From positions 224,001 to 288,000 of the IMG/VR virus record IMGVR_UViG_3300043754_000129: DNA of 64,000 bases. One strand, written 5' to 3'. Source of the stretch: a virus. Taxonomy: Duplodnaviria > Caudoviricetes. The position numbers and the translations under genes are program-made. Shown here one piece after another: positions 1-9,477 of the stretch (position 1 is the first letter of the stretch; every line of letters begins with the position of its first letter). The notes under the pieces are model-generated. The model was not told where the DNA came from. It searched no databases and worked only from the letters and a program-made list of their open reading frames with translations.

Positions 1-389
1 GCTTCAGGGAAGGTGTCGCTCGTTTCAAACACAGCACCGGCCTGCACGATCTGACCGTTGCTATTGAGAATCAGCTCCATGCGCACATGCTGGGGCTGCG
101 TCTCGTTGGTGACGACCATACCACTCGGCCCGGCAATGATGAATTGCGAATCGGGTTGCACATCCGAGCGGTAGGCGTAGTACTGCGGGGAAGCAATGCC
201 CAAGTCGTTGATCGCTTTGAACTTGAGCATCTGAAACGTTTCGAGAATGTGCTCCATGCCCGCGCCATTGTTGACGCTAAGCTCGGTGCCACCAAACATC
301 GCGATGTTGAAGAGGATGGCTTGTTCGCTGGCAGGAACCAGCACGTCCACCATCGGATCCAACTCTTGCATACCTACGGGCGTACTCAC
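1..389 (-). CDS. hypothetical protein (runs off window start)
   Basis: GTG at 389 after TTAGGAGA RBS; open frame VSTPVGMQELDP... continues past position 1; not in ORF track because truncated. Confidence 0.6.
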   Translation of the reverse strand, partial: MSTPVGMQELDPMVDVLVPASEQAILFNIAMFGGTELSVNNGAGMEHILETFQMLKFKAINDLGIASPQYYAYRSDVQPDSQFIIAGPSGMVVTNETQPQHVRMELILNSNGQIVQAGAVFETSDTFPE

Positions 390-421
390 AACGACTCTCC
401 TAATGGTTCATCTTCAAACCA

Positions 422-706
422 TTACCAGATCGTCGTGTCACGCTCCATGGAGTTCTCGGCACGCGGGCATTCGCGCAAGGTCTGGATCATCACGTGGCTG
501 TCTGGCATGGTGCGCAGGATGTCGTGCATCTGGTTCATCGTGGCGTCCGTGTTCATCTCAGCCTCCACATCCGGGAAGCCGTTACCGTCCGGCACGATGT
601 CCATCGTCATCTTGATCTGCACTTCCAAGCAGCGGTCACGGAACTTCTCCGCATCCGCCTGACACTCCGCGCGAAACGACCACACGCGCATGGGCTTCTC
701 TCTCAT
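422..706 (-). CDS. hypothetical protein
   Basis: 94 aa ORF, RBS GGAGAGGAA, overlaps upstream stop. Confidence 0.75.
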   Translation of the reverse strand: MREKPMRVWSFRAECQADAEKFRDRCLEVQIKMTMDIVPDGNGFPDVEAEMNTDATMNQMHDILRTMPDSHVMIQTLRECPRAENSMERDTTIW

Positions 707-1149
707 TTCCTCTCCTTCATACTGGCATCCATCGGGATTTCAGCCAGCGTTAGTGCCAGATCTTTGCCGATCCAGTTCTTGGGCATGTTGATACGCGGCG
801 GGAACCGAGCTTCCAATTCCAGGAACTTCTGTGCGACCACCGGTGCGACCAGGCCGTAGTACGCCCAAGCGTCTTTCCGACGGTTGAAGGCCCGTGCGGC
901 CGGCCACAGATACGAGAGCTCTTCCAGGATGGCTTCGCGGTTGTGCACGAAGATCTGCTCGGGCTTGCGAATCCGCGCCCGTCCCCAGGCGTCGTCATTT
1001 GCCCAGCGTTCCGGCAAATGCGGATAACGCTTCATGAGCTCAATGCGATGCTCATCCGACATGCCGTCGACAATGGTGACGTTCACCAGCCAGATCGTCT
1101 TACCCTGCTTAACGTCGCGAACCAGAACGTCGATTGTTTTCTTGCTCAC
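703..1149 (-). CDS. hypothetical protein
   Basis: 148 aa ORF, GTG start with AAGGAGAA RBS. Confidence 0.7.
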   Translation of the reverse strand: MSKKTIDVLVRDVKQGKTIWLVNVTIVDGMSDEHRIELMKRYPHLPERWANDDAWGRARIRKPEQIFVHNREAILEELSYLWPAARAFNRRKDAWAYYGLVAPVVAQKFLELEARFPPRINMPKNWIGKDLALTLAEIPMDASMKERK

Positions 1150-1618
1150 CTTGCTTCTCCTTGAATGAGCCGTAGAGCGGAAAGCCGATGATGCCGAAGA
1201 GGATGACGGAGACGATCGCTCCGATGATCCACTTCTCGTAATCGGTCTGCTCGGTTGCGTCCGTGCCCGAAGCTTCCGAGGCTGCGTCCGCTTCGACGCG
1301 CGACTGGTGCGCCTGCGCCAGCATGATCTGCTGGTTCGTCTGGTTAATCACGCGCTGCGTGTCTTCGTCTTGCGAGGAGCTCGGCTTCGTGGCCAGACCC
1401 CGGGTCTCGTTCGCGCGCTCTGCTGCATTGATCGCGGCACTTTCCGCGGCGGTGCTCTCGCTGATGTGCGGAGCGACTTCCGTGACGTGAACCGACGGCG
1501 CCGAGACGTGCACGCTTTCGACGGCCACATGCGGCACCGAGACGTGAACCGACGCAATCGAGATAGCGTGTGCTTGTGCGGCCACACACAAGAGTGCGGC
1601 CAGAATTGTTTTCTTCAT
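1109..1618 (-). CDS. secreted/membrane protein with signal peptide and C-terminal TM helix
   Basis: MKKTILAALLCVAAQAHA signal peptide; repeated SVHV motif; WIIGAIVSVILFGIIGFPLY TM segment. Confidence 0.75.
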   Translation of the reverse strand: MKKTILAALLCVAAQAHAISIASVHVSVPHVAVESVHVSAPSVHVTEVAPHISESTAAESAAINAAERANETRGLATKPSSSQDEDTQRVINQTNQQIMLAQAHQSRVEADAASEASGTDATEQTDYEKWIIGAIVSVILFGIIGFPLYGSFKEKQGEQENNRRSGSRR

Positions 1619-1624
1619 TTTTCG

Positions 1625-2182
1625 TTATTCAGATTTGACAGGAAAGAAGGCCGAGTACCGCTTGGGGCTGATGATAAACATGTCAGCACGGCCGCTATGC
1701 TGCATGCACACTTCTTGCGGTTCATCCCGGAACATGTAGCAGTGGCCGGGTTCGCCGTCATTCATCGCCTTGTACTTACAGGTCGAGCAGTTGTTCGGAT
1801 TGGGTCGCAGATCGAACGCACGGCGTTCTTCCAGGTTGATCTGAAACCCTTCGACGGTCAGGCCATGCAACGTCTTCGTCTTCACGTTGATCATGAAGCT
1901 ACAGAACGACGGATCCCGAATACTGCGCACGAACTGGCCGTAGATGATGTCCTTGTCCTTCCGATGCGCTGGATAGTAGACGATGGTGTACTTGGCCAGG
2001 AACATCTGCTTGTCCGTGATGCCGGCTTCCTTGAGGAAGTCCTTCAGACGGAACTGCGAACGTGCCGGGATCGGGATGATCAACGACTTGATGAAGTACT
2101 TCTGCAAGAGGCGAATGTGACGGCGCCGCAAACGCTCTTGCTCGTTATGCTTGATGCGTGCCTTGACTGCTTTGCTGAGCAT
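1625..2182 (-). CDS. hypothetical protein with basic MLSK leader and C-terminal Cys/His cluster
   Basis: start reassigned to MLSKAVKARIKH; C-terminal CxxC...HC...C possible Zn site. Confidence 0.7.
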   Translation of the reverse strand: MLSKAVKARIKHNEQERLRRRHIRLLQKYFIKSLIIPIPARSQFRLKDFLKEAGITDKQMFLAKYTIVYYPAHRKDKDIIYGQFVRSIRDPSFCSFMINVKTKTLHGLTVEGFQINLEERRAFDLRPNPNNCSTCKYKAMNDGEPGHCYMFRDEPQEVCMQHSGRADMFIISPKRYSAFFPVKSE

Positions 2183-2576
2183 TGTCCAACTCCGTATAAC
2201 GTTTCGTGACGATCGCATGCGCTTCCACCCGTACTTCTTCGAGCACGTGCGGCGGCATGGTCTCGGGGGTGTAATTGCACTCCACGCCCTTGCGGTACAG
2301 GAGGTAGGTCCACTCGCGCAGGAAGTCACGCACAAAGCTACGCGCACGATTGTCCTTCTTACGCTGTTCTGAAATGCGGCAAGCGTCTTTCAGATGGCGA
2401 TGGAAGTAATCGCACGCGGCACGGTACTCATCGCCCGGATGATCGTAGCTGAAGTAGGAACGATCATGGATACACGAAAGCGCGTAGCGAAACTGCTCGG
2501 GCGCTAGGTTGTAGTAGATCTCTTCACCCACATCGTCGATGAAGGTGACGCTACTCGGTTCAAGGACGATTCGCAT
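2145..2576 (-). CDS. hypothetical protein
   Basis: start MRIVLEP after GGATAAAG; compact gene packing. Confidence 0.65.
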   Translation of the reverse strand: MRIVLEPSSVTFIDDVGEEIYYNLAPEQFRYALSCIHDRSYFSYDHPGDEYRAACDYFHRHLKDACRISEQRKKDNRARSFVRDFLREWTYLLYRKGVECNYTPETMPPHVLEEVRVEAHAIVTKRYTELDNAQQSSQGTHQA

Positions 2577-3471
2577 CTTTATCCTCGAATTCCGAGAAGG
2601 AATCGATCGTGAAGAACGTTTTGCCTTCGACGGCATCGGGCGCCTTCACCTGTTCAACCCAGCTGTCCATGTGGCGGGCGTACGCTGCTTGCGCAACCTG
2701 AACGGCGTGAAGCGCATCGCTCGGTTCCTGGGCATTCACCAGGTCGTAGCTGATCACCTCCATCGTGCCGTCCGGCTTCTTATACATGCGTGGCGCCACC
2801 GTCGCTTCGGAGAGCATTGCCATGCGGCTATCCACTTCGCGCTGCGTGAAGATCTCCTGCGCATCACCCGCCTTCCCGATGTCTTCCAGACTGACCTTGC
2901 TGAAATCCATCTTGATGTCGAAGATCGAGCCCGTCGCCGGATTACGACGCTTGCCCCGCACGATGGTCATGAACTTCGTGGCGCTCTGATCACCTTCCTT
3001 CGCACCGGGATCCAGCCCGATGATGAATTCGGGCATGGGCTTGGGCAGCGCTTCCAGATCGTAGAAGGGTTCGTGCTCCAACGAGATCTGGATAGGCTTA
3101 CCCATCTCCATCGCCTTGTTGATCAGGTAACCGTTGAAGTCCGTGCGCCGTTCATGCTGCGGCACCGCGCGACCGATGAGGATCGGCAACTCACCCCGCT
3201 TAAAGCCACCGCCCTTCAACATCCGCTGGATGGATTCGAACCCCGTGGGAATCGGTTCATTCAGACCCTGCTCGATGAGCCTGTCGATGTCCTTCAGGAA
3301 GCTGAAGCTGCGACCCTTCTTGTTCACCGGCGACCAGATGTTGAGGAAGTCGCTCGGATGCTGACGAGCCCGACGCATAGCGCGCTGCAATTCACGCCCG
3401 GCCTTCTTGCGACACATCACGCGTCGCTGCTTGTTCTTGCGAATGCGTTCCTTCACTTGCTTGCTGAGCAT
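2560..3471 (-). CDS. mosaic protein with degenerate DnaB-like helicase fragment
   Basis: IPTGFESIQRMLKGGGFKRGELPILIG...ISLE resembles start of DnaB/RecA-like ATPase domain, but no GKT Walker A. Confidence 0.55.
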   Translation of the reverse strand: MLSKQVKERIRKNKQRRVMCRKKAGRELQRAMRRARQHPSDFLNIWSPVNKKGRSFSFLKDIDRLIEQGLNEPIPTGFESIQRMLKGGGFKRGELPILIGRAVPQHERRTDFNGYLINKAMEMGKPIQISLEHEPFYDLEALPKPMPEFIIGLDPGAKEGDQSATKFMTIVRGKRRNPATGSIFDIKMDFSKVSLEDIGKAGDAQEIFTQREVDSRMAMLSEATVAPRMYKKPDGTMEVISYDLVNAQEPSDALHAVQVAQAAYARHMDSWVEQVKAPDAVEGKTFFTIDSFSEFEDKDANRP

Positions 3472-3560
3472 TACCAGTTCCTTGTGGGGTCAGGGGGATG
3501 GCGTAGAGGCAGCAATACATCGAGGCATCGACGCTATGCTTCCTGGGCTTATCCAACAGG

Positions 3561-4154
3561 CTACGATGTAGCATTGCCGGGCCGCTTCAGAATAACCGAG
3601 ATGTGATCCAGGCCGACCTTCTCGGTGAGCCACACGCCGTTCTCAGCCTGGTAGAACTTGATACCAGCCTTGTGCATGGCGCCTGCATAGATCTCCAGCA
3701 CCACCGCCTTGCCGTGCCGTTGACCGACTTCCAGTGCCGTCTCGTAGTCTTCCGAGAGGTGCACGTACTGACGCGACATCGGCAGCAAGCCGTCGTCGAG
3801 AATCGGGTCGATCGTCTTGCGAGCCGTACCGTGATAGAGCACTGCCGGCGGGACCTTCTCGACAAAGCTGCGATCGACTTCCGTCGTCGAGTGACCTTGC
3901 ACCGCACGAATGCGCGAGCCGTCCGAGGAGATCTCGAAACGCTGCTTGCCGTTCGTGACCACGACTTCCAAGAGCGTCGGGCGATCGAACGTCATGCCGT
4001 CCGGGGCCATTGTCGCATGCTTGATCAGCAGATCGATGCCCGTCCAGCCTTCACGGTCCAGGATGATCCCGATCGATTCCGGCTTGTGGCGCAGCACGAA
4101 GCTGAGGAACTTACTGATCTTGTCCAGTTGTTTTTGTTTGTTCGGTTGGTTCAT
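3561..4154 (-). CDS. kptA: RNA 2'-phosphotransferase (Tpt1/KptA family)
   Basis: ISKFLSFVLRHKPE...LDREGW, KQRFE, IRAVQGHS, LYHGT, RQYVHLS, NGVWL hallmark motifs. Confidence 0.95.
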   Translation of the reverse strand: MNQPNKQKQLDKISKFLSFVLRHKPESIGIILDREGWTGIDLLIKHATMAPDGMTFDRPTLLEVVVTNGKQRFEISSDGSRIRAVQGHSTTEVDRSFVEKVPPAVLYHGTARKTIDPILDDGLLPMSRQYVHLSEDYETALEVGQRHGKAVVLEIYAGAMHKAGIKFYQAENGVWLTEKVGLDHISVILKRPGNATS

Positions 4155-4725
4155 TTTCTTTCTTCCGATAGGTGAGCGGGTAACGCAGGAGCGGGTAGAC
4201 AAGATAACTCTCGGCCACCTTGACATCATAACTAAGCCTGGGGTCCTCGTGCGGCTTGATGGTCCAGGCGTCGGGGTTCTTCACATAGCGCGTTGCGCAC
4301 AGTTCGATGAAGACCCCATCGTGAAAATTCACGACTGAAGCACTGGCGACACCCGTCTCGACGTTGAAGACGGGATTCACGTTCTTCGTGAGCAGGTTCG
4401 CCTTGACTTCCTGGATGCCAGCCGTCTCGGTCTCGATCTGACCATAGACAAAGTACGGCGCATCCTGGAACATCTGCATGACGTCGTAGGCACCGGCGTA
4501 ATCATCAAAGAGGAGCGGACCGCTATTGACGATGTTGCCGTCCACGATGCCAATGAGCTTGGCGGTTTGTTCACGCCGTTGGGGACCAATGCTCGAAGGC
4601 GGAAACAAACCCGAGAAGTACGATGCTGCCGAGTTACAGCCGTAATACCAAGTCTGACCATCGTGCGTTTGAAAGCGCAACAGATAGGTCGGGTTACTTT
4701 CGCGTTCTTCCTCGTTGTGTTCCAT
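4111..4725 (-). CDS. hypothetical protein
   Basis: 204 aa ORF with AAGGACTGAG RBS. Confidence 0.7.
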   Translation of the reverse strand: MEHNEEERESNPTYLLRFQTHDGQTWYYGCNSAASYFSGLFPPSSIGPQRREQTAKLIGIVDGNIVNSGPLLFDDYAGAYDVMQMFQDAPYFVYGQIETETAGIQEVKANLLTKNVNPVFNVETGVASASVVNFHDGVFIELCATRYVKNPDAWTIKPHEDPRLSYDVKVAESYLVYPLLRYPLTYRKKENEPTEQTKTTGQDQ

Positions 4726-4726
4726 C

Positions 4727-5143
4727 TCAGTCCTTGAATCTGGGATTGATGACAGTGGTGATGAGACCGTGGTTCCCTGCCACGAGGTAGCAGGTGAAGA
4801 TCATGGATTCCGCGTGAAGACGTTTCTCCACTTCAGGAGTGAAGTCTTCCAGTCGCTGGAGGTTCAATTCCGGCACCGCCATCAGCACAAAGCGATAGGC
4901 TTCATGGATGTGGTTGCCAATCTTGATACGTTGGGCCTTATAGAGCTGATAGATGCGCGGCCAGGTATCCCGGCGCAGACCTTCCAGCGTCATGTAGTTC
5001 CCACGTACCCAACCAGAAAAAGTGAGGCGCGGCGTGCCCGATGCCCAGAGCGCGTCAAGTTTATCGAATGCGTCAGAGCCTTGAGCCAATACTTCGCTCG
5101 TAAGAGGTTCTCCGACAACTGCGACTTTGACGGGGGTGATCAT
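4727..5143 (-). CDS. hypothetical protein
   Basis: start MITPVK downstream of terminator; AAAGG RBS. Confidence 0.7.
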   Translation of the reverse strand: MITPVKVAVVGEPLTSEVLAQGSDAFDKLDALWASGTPRLTFSGWVRGNYMTLEGLRRDTWPRIYQLYKAQRIKIGNHIHEAYRFVLMAVPELNLQRLEDFTPEVEKRLHAESMIFTCYLVAGNHGLITTVINPRFKD

Positions 5144-5163
5144 CTCATTACCTTTAGGGGTAG

Positions 5164-5203
5164 AAAAAAATAGGAGCCCCGCCCTCCTCAGAACGAGGCT
5201 CCC
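5164..5203 (-). terminator. intrinsic terminator
   Basis: GGGAGCC(T)CG...CGGGGCTCCT hairpin followed by ATTTTTTT. Confidence 0.75.
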
Positions 5204-5258
5204 AAAACCATACATGAAAACCCCTTTCCATGCACGGTACTCCACTGGTACTACTGCA

Positions 5259-6122
5259 TTACTTGACGGCGGTCACTTCGATCGGCAACGCCTTCAGGCC
5301 GAGCTCTTCGAAGTACTGGCCCCAGAGGCCGACGAAGGCAGCTTCGACAGACTTGATGTTGAGCATCTCGCCCAGTTGTGCCGAGAGGCCGAACGCGTAA
5401 CCCGTGCTCAGGATGTACTTGTGGCCGCCGATGTGAACTTGAGCCACTGCATGACCCTGATCTTCCAGGTCCTCGACGAACTTCTTCTGGCCCGGCTCGT
5501 CTTCCGTGCGCACCGCCGAGAAGCTGACGCCGTGACCGAGATTGCCAGTCAGGCTCAGGAACGGATAGCCCGTCTCGCTGTTGTAGAGATGGATGCCCAG
5601 GTTTGCCACGGTACGAGTCTGCGCCGTTCCCATGGCCTGCATCATGCGGTTCGCCACCAGTTGCAGGGCGATCTCTTCGTTCGAACGCGGCTTGCTGTAG
5701 AAGCTCGCGTCAGCGGGTGCGCCGAAGACCATGGGACTAGCTTGCTGAGCCGTGCGCTGATGCGGGTTGCCCCACGGTGCATCCAGGTGCGTGACGAAGG
5801 CGTACGTCGTGCGGTTGCCTGCTTCGTCCGTGTCGCCCATCTGGTTGATGGCGTCGAGCAGGGTGCTGACCCATTCGCTGAAGAGGTTCTGGGTGACCTG
5901 GTAGTCGTACTGCGGACCGTACGTGATTTCTTCGAAGCGCAGCAGCACACGGGCCTTCTCCGCCGTCTTCACGTCCACCAGCGCCAGCTCGATGTGCGGC
6001 AGCTTGCTGATGTGCAGATCACGATGCGTGAAATCGACACCGACGATCTTGGTGAACGGCAGGCGCGGCAGGTGTTCTTGCAGGTCGGCGATCGAGATGG
6101 TCTTGATGACTTGCTTGTTCAT
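5259..6122 (-). CDS. hypothetical protein
   Basis: 287 aa ORF with AAGGAAAC RBS. Confidence 0.8.
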   Translation of the reverse strand: MNKQVIKTISIADLQEHLPRLPFTKIVGVDFTHRDLHISKLPHIELALVDVKTAEKARVLLRFEEITYGPQYDYQVTQNLFSEWVSTLLDAINQMGDTDEAGNRTTYAFVTHLDAPWGNPHQRTAQQASPMVFGAPADASFYSKPRSNEEIALQLVANRMMQAMGTAQTRTVANLGIHLYNSETGYPFLSLTGNLGHGVSFSAVRTEDEPGQKKFVEDLEDQGHAVAQVHIGGHKYILSTGYAFGLSAQLGEMLNIKSVEAAFVGLWGQYFEELGLKALPIEVTAVK

Positions 6123-6188
6123 GGTTCGTTTCCTTGATAACGTTCGATAGGGGTACTACAGTGGGGAAAGGGTACTGCTAAAAAACTG

Positions 6189-6539
6189 TTAGCTCATGTT
6201 GACGAGTTGATCGATCTTGCCGTCCTTGAGCATGAAACCGATGACGACCGTGTTCTCCAACTTCTCTGGCGTATCGCTCTTCGAGATGTTCATGTGGAAG
6301 ACGATGAGTTCACACTGCAACTCTTCCTTGGTCTCGGGGTTCTTCACCGTCGCATCCCGGTCGATGCCCATGCCAAGGCCGATCTTCAACGGACCGTAGC
6401 GATCACGCTGCGCGCGCACTGTGTCGGCGATGTAGTCCAACATGTCTTGCGTGGCGCCGAACTCGCGCAGCTTAGCGAACACGTTTTCCATCGTATCGGT
6501 GTTGGTGTTCGCGATCGGTTCCAGGTGCTTCTTTGCCAT
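6189..6539 (-). CDS. hypothetical protein
   Basis: 116 aa ORF with AAGGAGA RBS. Confidence 0.8.
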   Translation of the reverse strand: MAKKHLEPIANTNTDTMENVFAKLREFGATQDMLDYIADTVRAQRDRYGPLKIGLGMGIDRDATVKNPETKEELQCELIVFHMNISKSDTPEKLENTVVIGFMLKDGKIDQLVNMS

Positions 6540-6549
6540 GAAGATCTCC

Positions 6550-6999
6550 TTAATGGACAGAGACGGACGGTTGTTTGGCCTTGGACTTCGTGTTCCAGCG
6601 CGAGTTCTTCACGGGCGCTGCGGCCGGCTTGCGGAATTGATAGCCGTCAAGCATGACCGTGTGCTCACGCATGTAACGCACGTCCTTGTTGATGGTGCCC
6701 GCACTGAGACCAAGCATCTCAGAGATACGCTTCTGCGTATAACCTTCGAAGAGCATCTTCGCGATGATCGGGTTGCGGTCCTCTTGCGCCATCCAGTACG
6801 AGAACACTTCCACGTTGTTGCGGAAGAAACGCACGCGGTGCTTGACGTCGCCCGTCTTCACATTACCGACAAAGACTTCCAGCATCGTGAGACCATTGAA
6901 CTGGTCCGTTTTGATCTGCACACGGCGCTTGGACTTCTTGTTCGTTTGATACGCTTGCAGGATGGCGTCTTCAACGACGTCGAGTTCTTTCGTATTCAT
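6550..6999 (-). CDS. helix-turn-helix DNA-binding protein
   Basis: EGYTQKRISEMLGLSAGTINKDV HTH; paralog of 10825-11274. Confidence 0.75.
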   Translation of the reverse strand: MNTKELDVVEDAILQAYQTNKKSKRRVQIKTDQFNGLTMLEVFVGNVKTGDVKHRVRFFRNNVEVFSYWMAQEDRNPIIAKMLFEGYTQKRISEMLGLSAGTINKDVRYMREHTVMLDGYQFRKPAAAPVKNSRWNTKSKAKQPSVSVH

Positions 7000-7078
7000 T
7001 GCTTTACCTTTCGTTTCAGTTGGTTTAGATTAATTGAACTACTCAGGGGGCTTGCTCAGAACCCCCTGTCCTACTTCG

Positions 7079-8545
7079 TTACGCCATCGGGATCCGTTCG
7101 AAGATCACATTCAACAGAGCCCCAATGCCGTCAGCGACATTGGCAAGTTCCGACATCTGGTCCGTCTTGCGCGCCAACACCGGACTGACCAAGCCATCCA
7201 TAAAGGACGGCATGACGAAACGTTTCTTCTTGCCGAAATCCGGCGTCATCGAGATGTCCACAATCGTGAGACCGTTGAGACTGGCTTCCACGTTCATGTA
7301 CAGCGGGATGGTGTAATTGCCCGACCACTGCGGGATGTTCGCTGCGAGCATCTCCAGCACGAACTCTTCCTTCGCGCGACTGTCGTGGGCCGGCAAGAGA
7401 CCCGCCAGATCCACCACCGAGAAGCTCAAGCCCGACTCGCGCCAGTTACCCGACGTGCCCGACATTTCCAGCGAGAACACCAGCTTCGTGAGTCCGGTCT
7501 GACCCATGGCTGCCGGCACCTGAATGGCCACCGCATACGCGATCAGCGCTTCGAGGCTCTCTTCATCCCAGTCGCTGTAACGGCTGGAGTGCACGAGATC
7601 CTTATCCGCATTGCTGCCCGTCACGATGGTCATGCGCTCACCCACTGACGCATCGATACGCAGGAGATCTTCCATCTTGAATTCCCGCGTCGCACCCGCT
7701 GCACGATCGCCCACGAGTTCACGCAGGAACGGATTCATGCCGGCCGGCGATTCCTGGATGCGACTGCGAGCTTCTTCCAGCAGATCCGACTGATGGGTGT
7801 TAGCCCGTGCGCCTTCGAGCGCCGTCACATAACCGTCCAGAATCTTCGCGAGCAGATGCGCCGGGTTCACGTTCATGCGATCCGATGCGCGGGGCGTCGA
7901 GCCCACGATCGTGCGCATATCCACCAACGCACCACCCACCATTTCGGGCGCCACTTCCAGTGCGCTCAGGCGCGCCAGGATGTCACACGGGCGCAGCGAT
8001 TCGACGACGTTGGCACTGTTGAAGTTGCCAGCGAAATTCGCATCACTGTAGTAGTGGTGGTTGGCGACCATCTGGGTGTACGGCGCCACGTGGCTTTCCG
8101 GGGCACCCGGATGGCTGCGCGCGGTGACGATCGAGTTGATGTGGAAGGTGAGCGCATTCAGCTGGGCATCGCTGATCTTGCCGTCTAGCACTTCGGCGAC
8201 CGTGTCGGTGTAGCCGTAGACCGTGAGGATCTGCTTGCCGGAAAAGGCCACCGGCTTGACTTCAACTTCAATAGCGAAAGAGTAGCGCGGAGTGTTCCAG
8301 CCCAGGGGCGGCGGGAAGGCGGGCTGTGCTTCGCCCGAGTAGCGCAGGAAGGAACTGATGTGAGGTGCGATCTTGCTGGGGGTGACACGGTCGACGTCGA
8401 CGAGGTCTTCGACTTTCAGGACCTCGTTGATCAGCGCCTCGTTATCTTCGGGTCGACCGACCACGTCAAAGGGTCGACGAAATTGCGGACGAAAGCCCGG
8501 CATTTCAGCGAGGAGGATCTTGCGGATATGGATGGCGTGTTTCAT
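7079..8545 (-). CDS. possible phiKZ gp68-like non-virion RNA polymerase specificity subunit (or paralog)
   Basis: 488 aa; QFRRPF, GWNTPRYSFAIEVE, VYGYTD, FHINSI motifs recalled from jumbo-phage gp68 family; not verified by search. Confidence 0.45.
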   Translation of the reverse strand: MKHAIHIRKILLAEMPGFRPQFRRPFDVVGRPEDNEALINEVLKVEDLVDVDRVTPSKIAPHISSFLRYSGEAQPAFPPPLGWNTPRYSFAIEVEVKPVAFSGKQILTVYGYTDTVAEVLDGKISDAQLNALTFHINSIVTARSHPGAPESHVAPYTQMVANHHYYSDANFAGNFNSANVVESLRPCDILARLSALEVAPEMVGGALVDMRTIVGSTPRASDRMNVNPAHLLAKILDGYVTALEGARANTHQSDLLEEARSRIQESPAGMNPFLRELVGDRAAGATREFKMEDLLRIDASVGERMTIVTGSNADKDLVHSSRYSDWDEESLEALIAYAVAIQVPAAMGQTGLTKLVFSLEMSGTSGNWRESGLSFSVVDLAGLLPAHDSRAKEEFVLEMLAANIPQWSGNYTIPLYMNVEASLNGLTIVDISMTPDFGKKKRFVMPSFMDGLVSPVLARKTDQMSELANVADGIGALLNVIFERIPMA

Positions 8546-8580
8546 GGGTTTTCCTTGGTTTGATGTTCTTGGCTTGGGCG

Positions 8581-8877
8581 TTAGTGGGGAGTTACGCCGT
8601 CGCGCATTACGACCTGGTGGTTGTAGTAGAACTTGCCGGAGGCTTCGTCCATGTAGACGTTGAAGTCCATCGGCACGTTCGGCATCACATCAACTTCGAT
8701 CGTGCCCACCTGAACGCCACCGTGCAACGAGTCACGGTTGCCGAGCATGGCAGCACTTTGGTCAAACGTCACCATGGCATCGGTGTTATCCGCTTGCGGA
8801 CCCAAGGAGACCTTGGCTGCCGTGAGCGTGAAGGACGCGCCGGGGGTGAGAAAGACTTGTTGATTCACGAGCGACAT
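8581..8877 (-). CDS. hypothetical protein
   Basis: 98 aa beta-rich ORF, AAGG RBS. Confidence 0.7.
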   Translation of the reverse strand: MSLVNQQVFLTPGASFTLTAAKVSLGPQADNTDAMVTFDQSAAMLGNRDSLHGGVQVGTIEVDVMPNVPMDFNVYMDEASGKFYYNHQVVMRDGVTPH

Positions 8878-8880
8878 TCT

Positions 8881-9465
8881 TTAACCTTGGGGGTAGAATA
8901 ACGGTTTCAGTTCGGTCATCCACTGTTGGGCGGACTTCCCCTTGTCTTTCATTTCGTCGGCGAGTGCCATCGACATGGCGGACCACTGCATCTCGAGCAG
9001 CTCAGCCTCTTGCTCGTCGGTGAGTTTCTTCGGCTTCGATTCGCCGTCGATGTAACCCCACTCCTGCATGCTGAAGGCCAAGCGATACACCGCATGGCAG
9101 AACGCTTCGTGGTCCGCAGCACTGGTGACGTACTTCGCGAAGAAGAGGTCCAGTGCCTTGACGCTCCAGTAATCCTGCGATGCCATTGCGCAGCCAGACG
9201 CCACGAGTTTGCCGCCCTGAATCTTCTCGACTTCTTCGGGCGTATTCCACTTGGCGTAATTCGGCGCGTACTCGAGGATCGCTTCGTAAGTGCCGAACTG
9301 CTGGTTCATGCCACCCACGAGGTCATGCATCATCCCGCGAAGTTCCTTGGACTTCTCAGGACTCAGAAAGCTGTGGGCAATGCGCTCCTTCGCCTTGAAC
9401 GAGAGGAACGGCAGTTTGAACGCGGCGTTGAACAGCCGCATGTGAAGGGGCACGGGCTTGTCCAT
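8881..9465 (-). CDS. hypothetical protein
   Basis: 194 aa ORF, AGGAGGAGA RBS. Confidence 0.8.
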   Translation of the reverse strand: MDKPVPLHMRLFNAAFKLPFLSFKAKERIAHSFLSPEKSKELRGMMHDLVGGMNQQFGTYEAILEYAPNYAKWNTPEEVEKIQGGKLVASGCAMASQDYWSVKALDLFFAKYVTSAADHEAFCHAVYRLAFSMQEWGYIDGESKPKKLTDEQEAELLEMQWSAMSMALADEMKDKGKSAQQWMTELKPLFYPQG

Positions 9466-9477
9466 GCGGCTCTCCTC

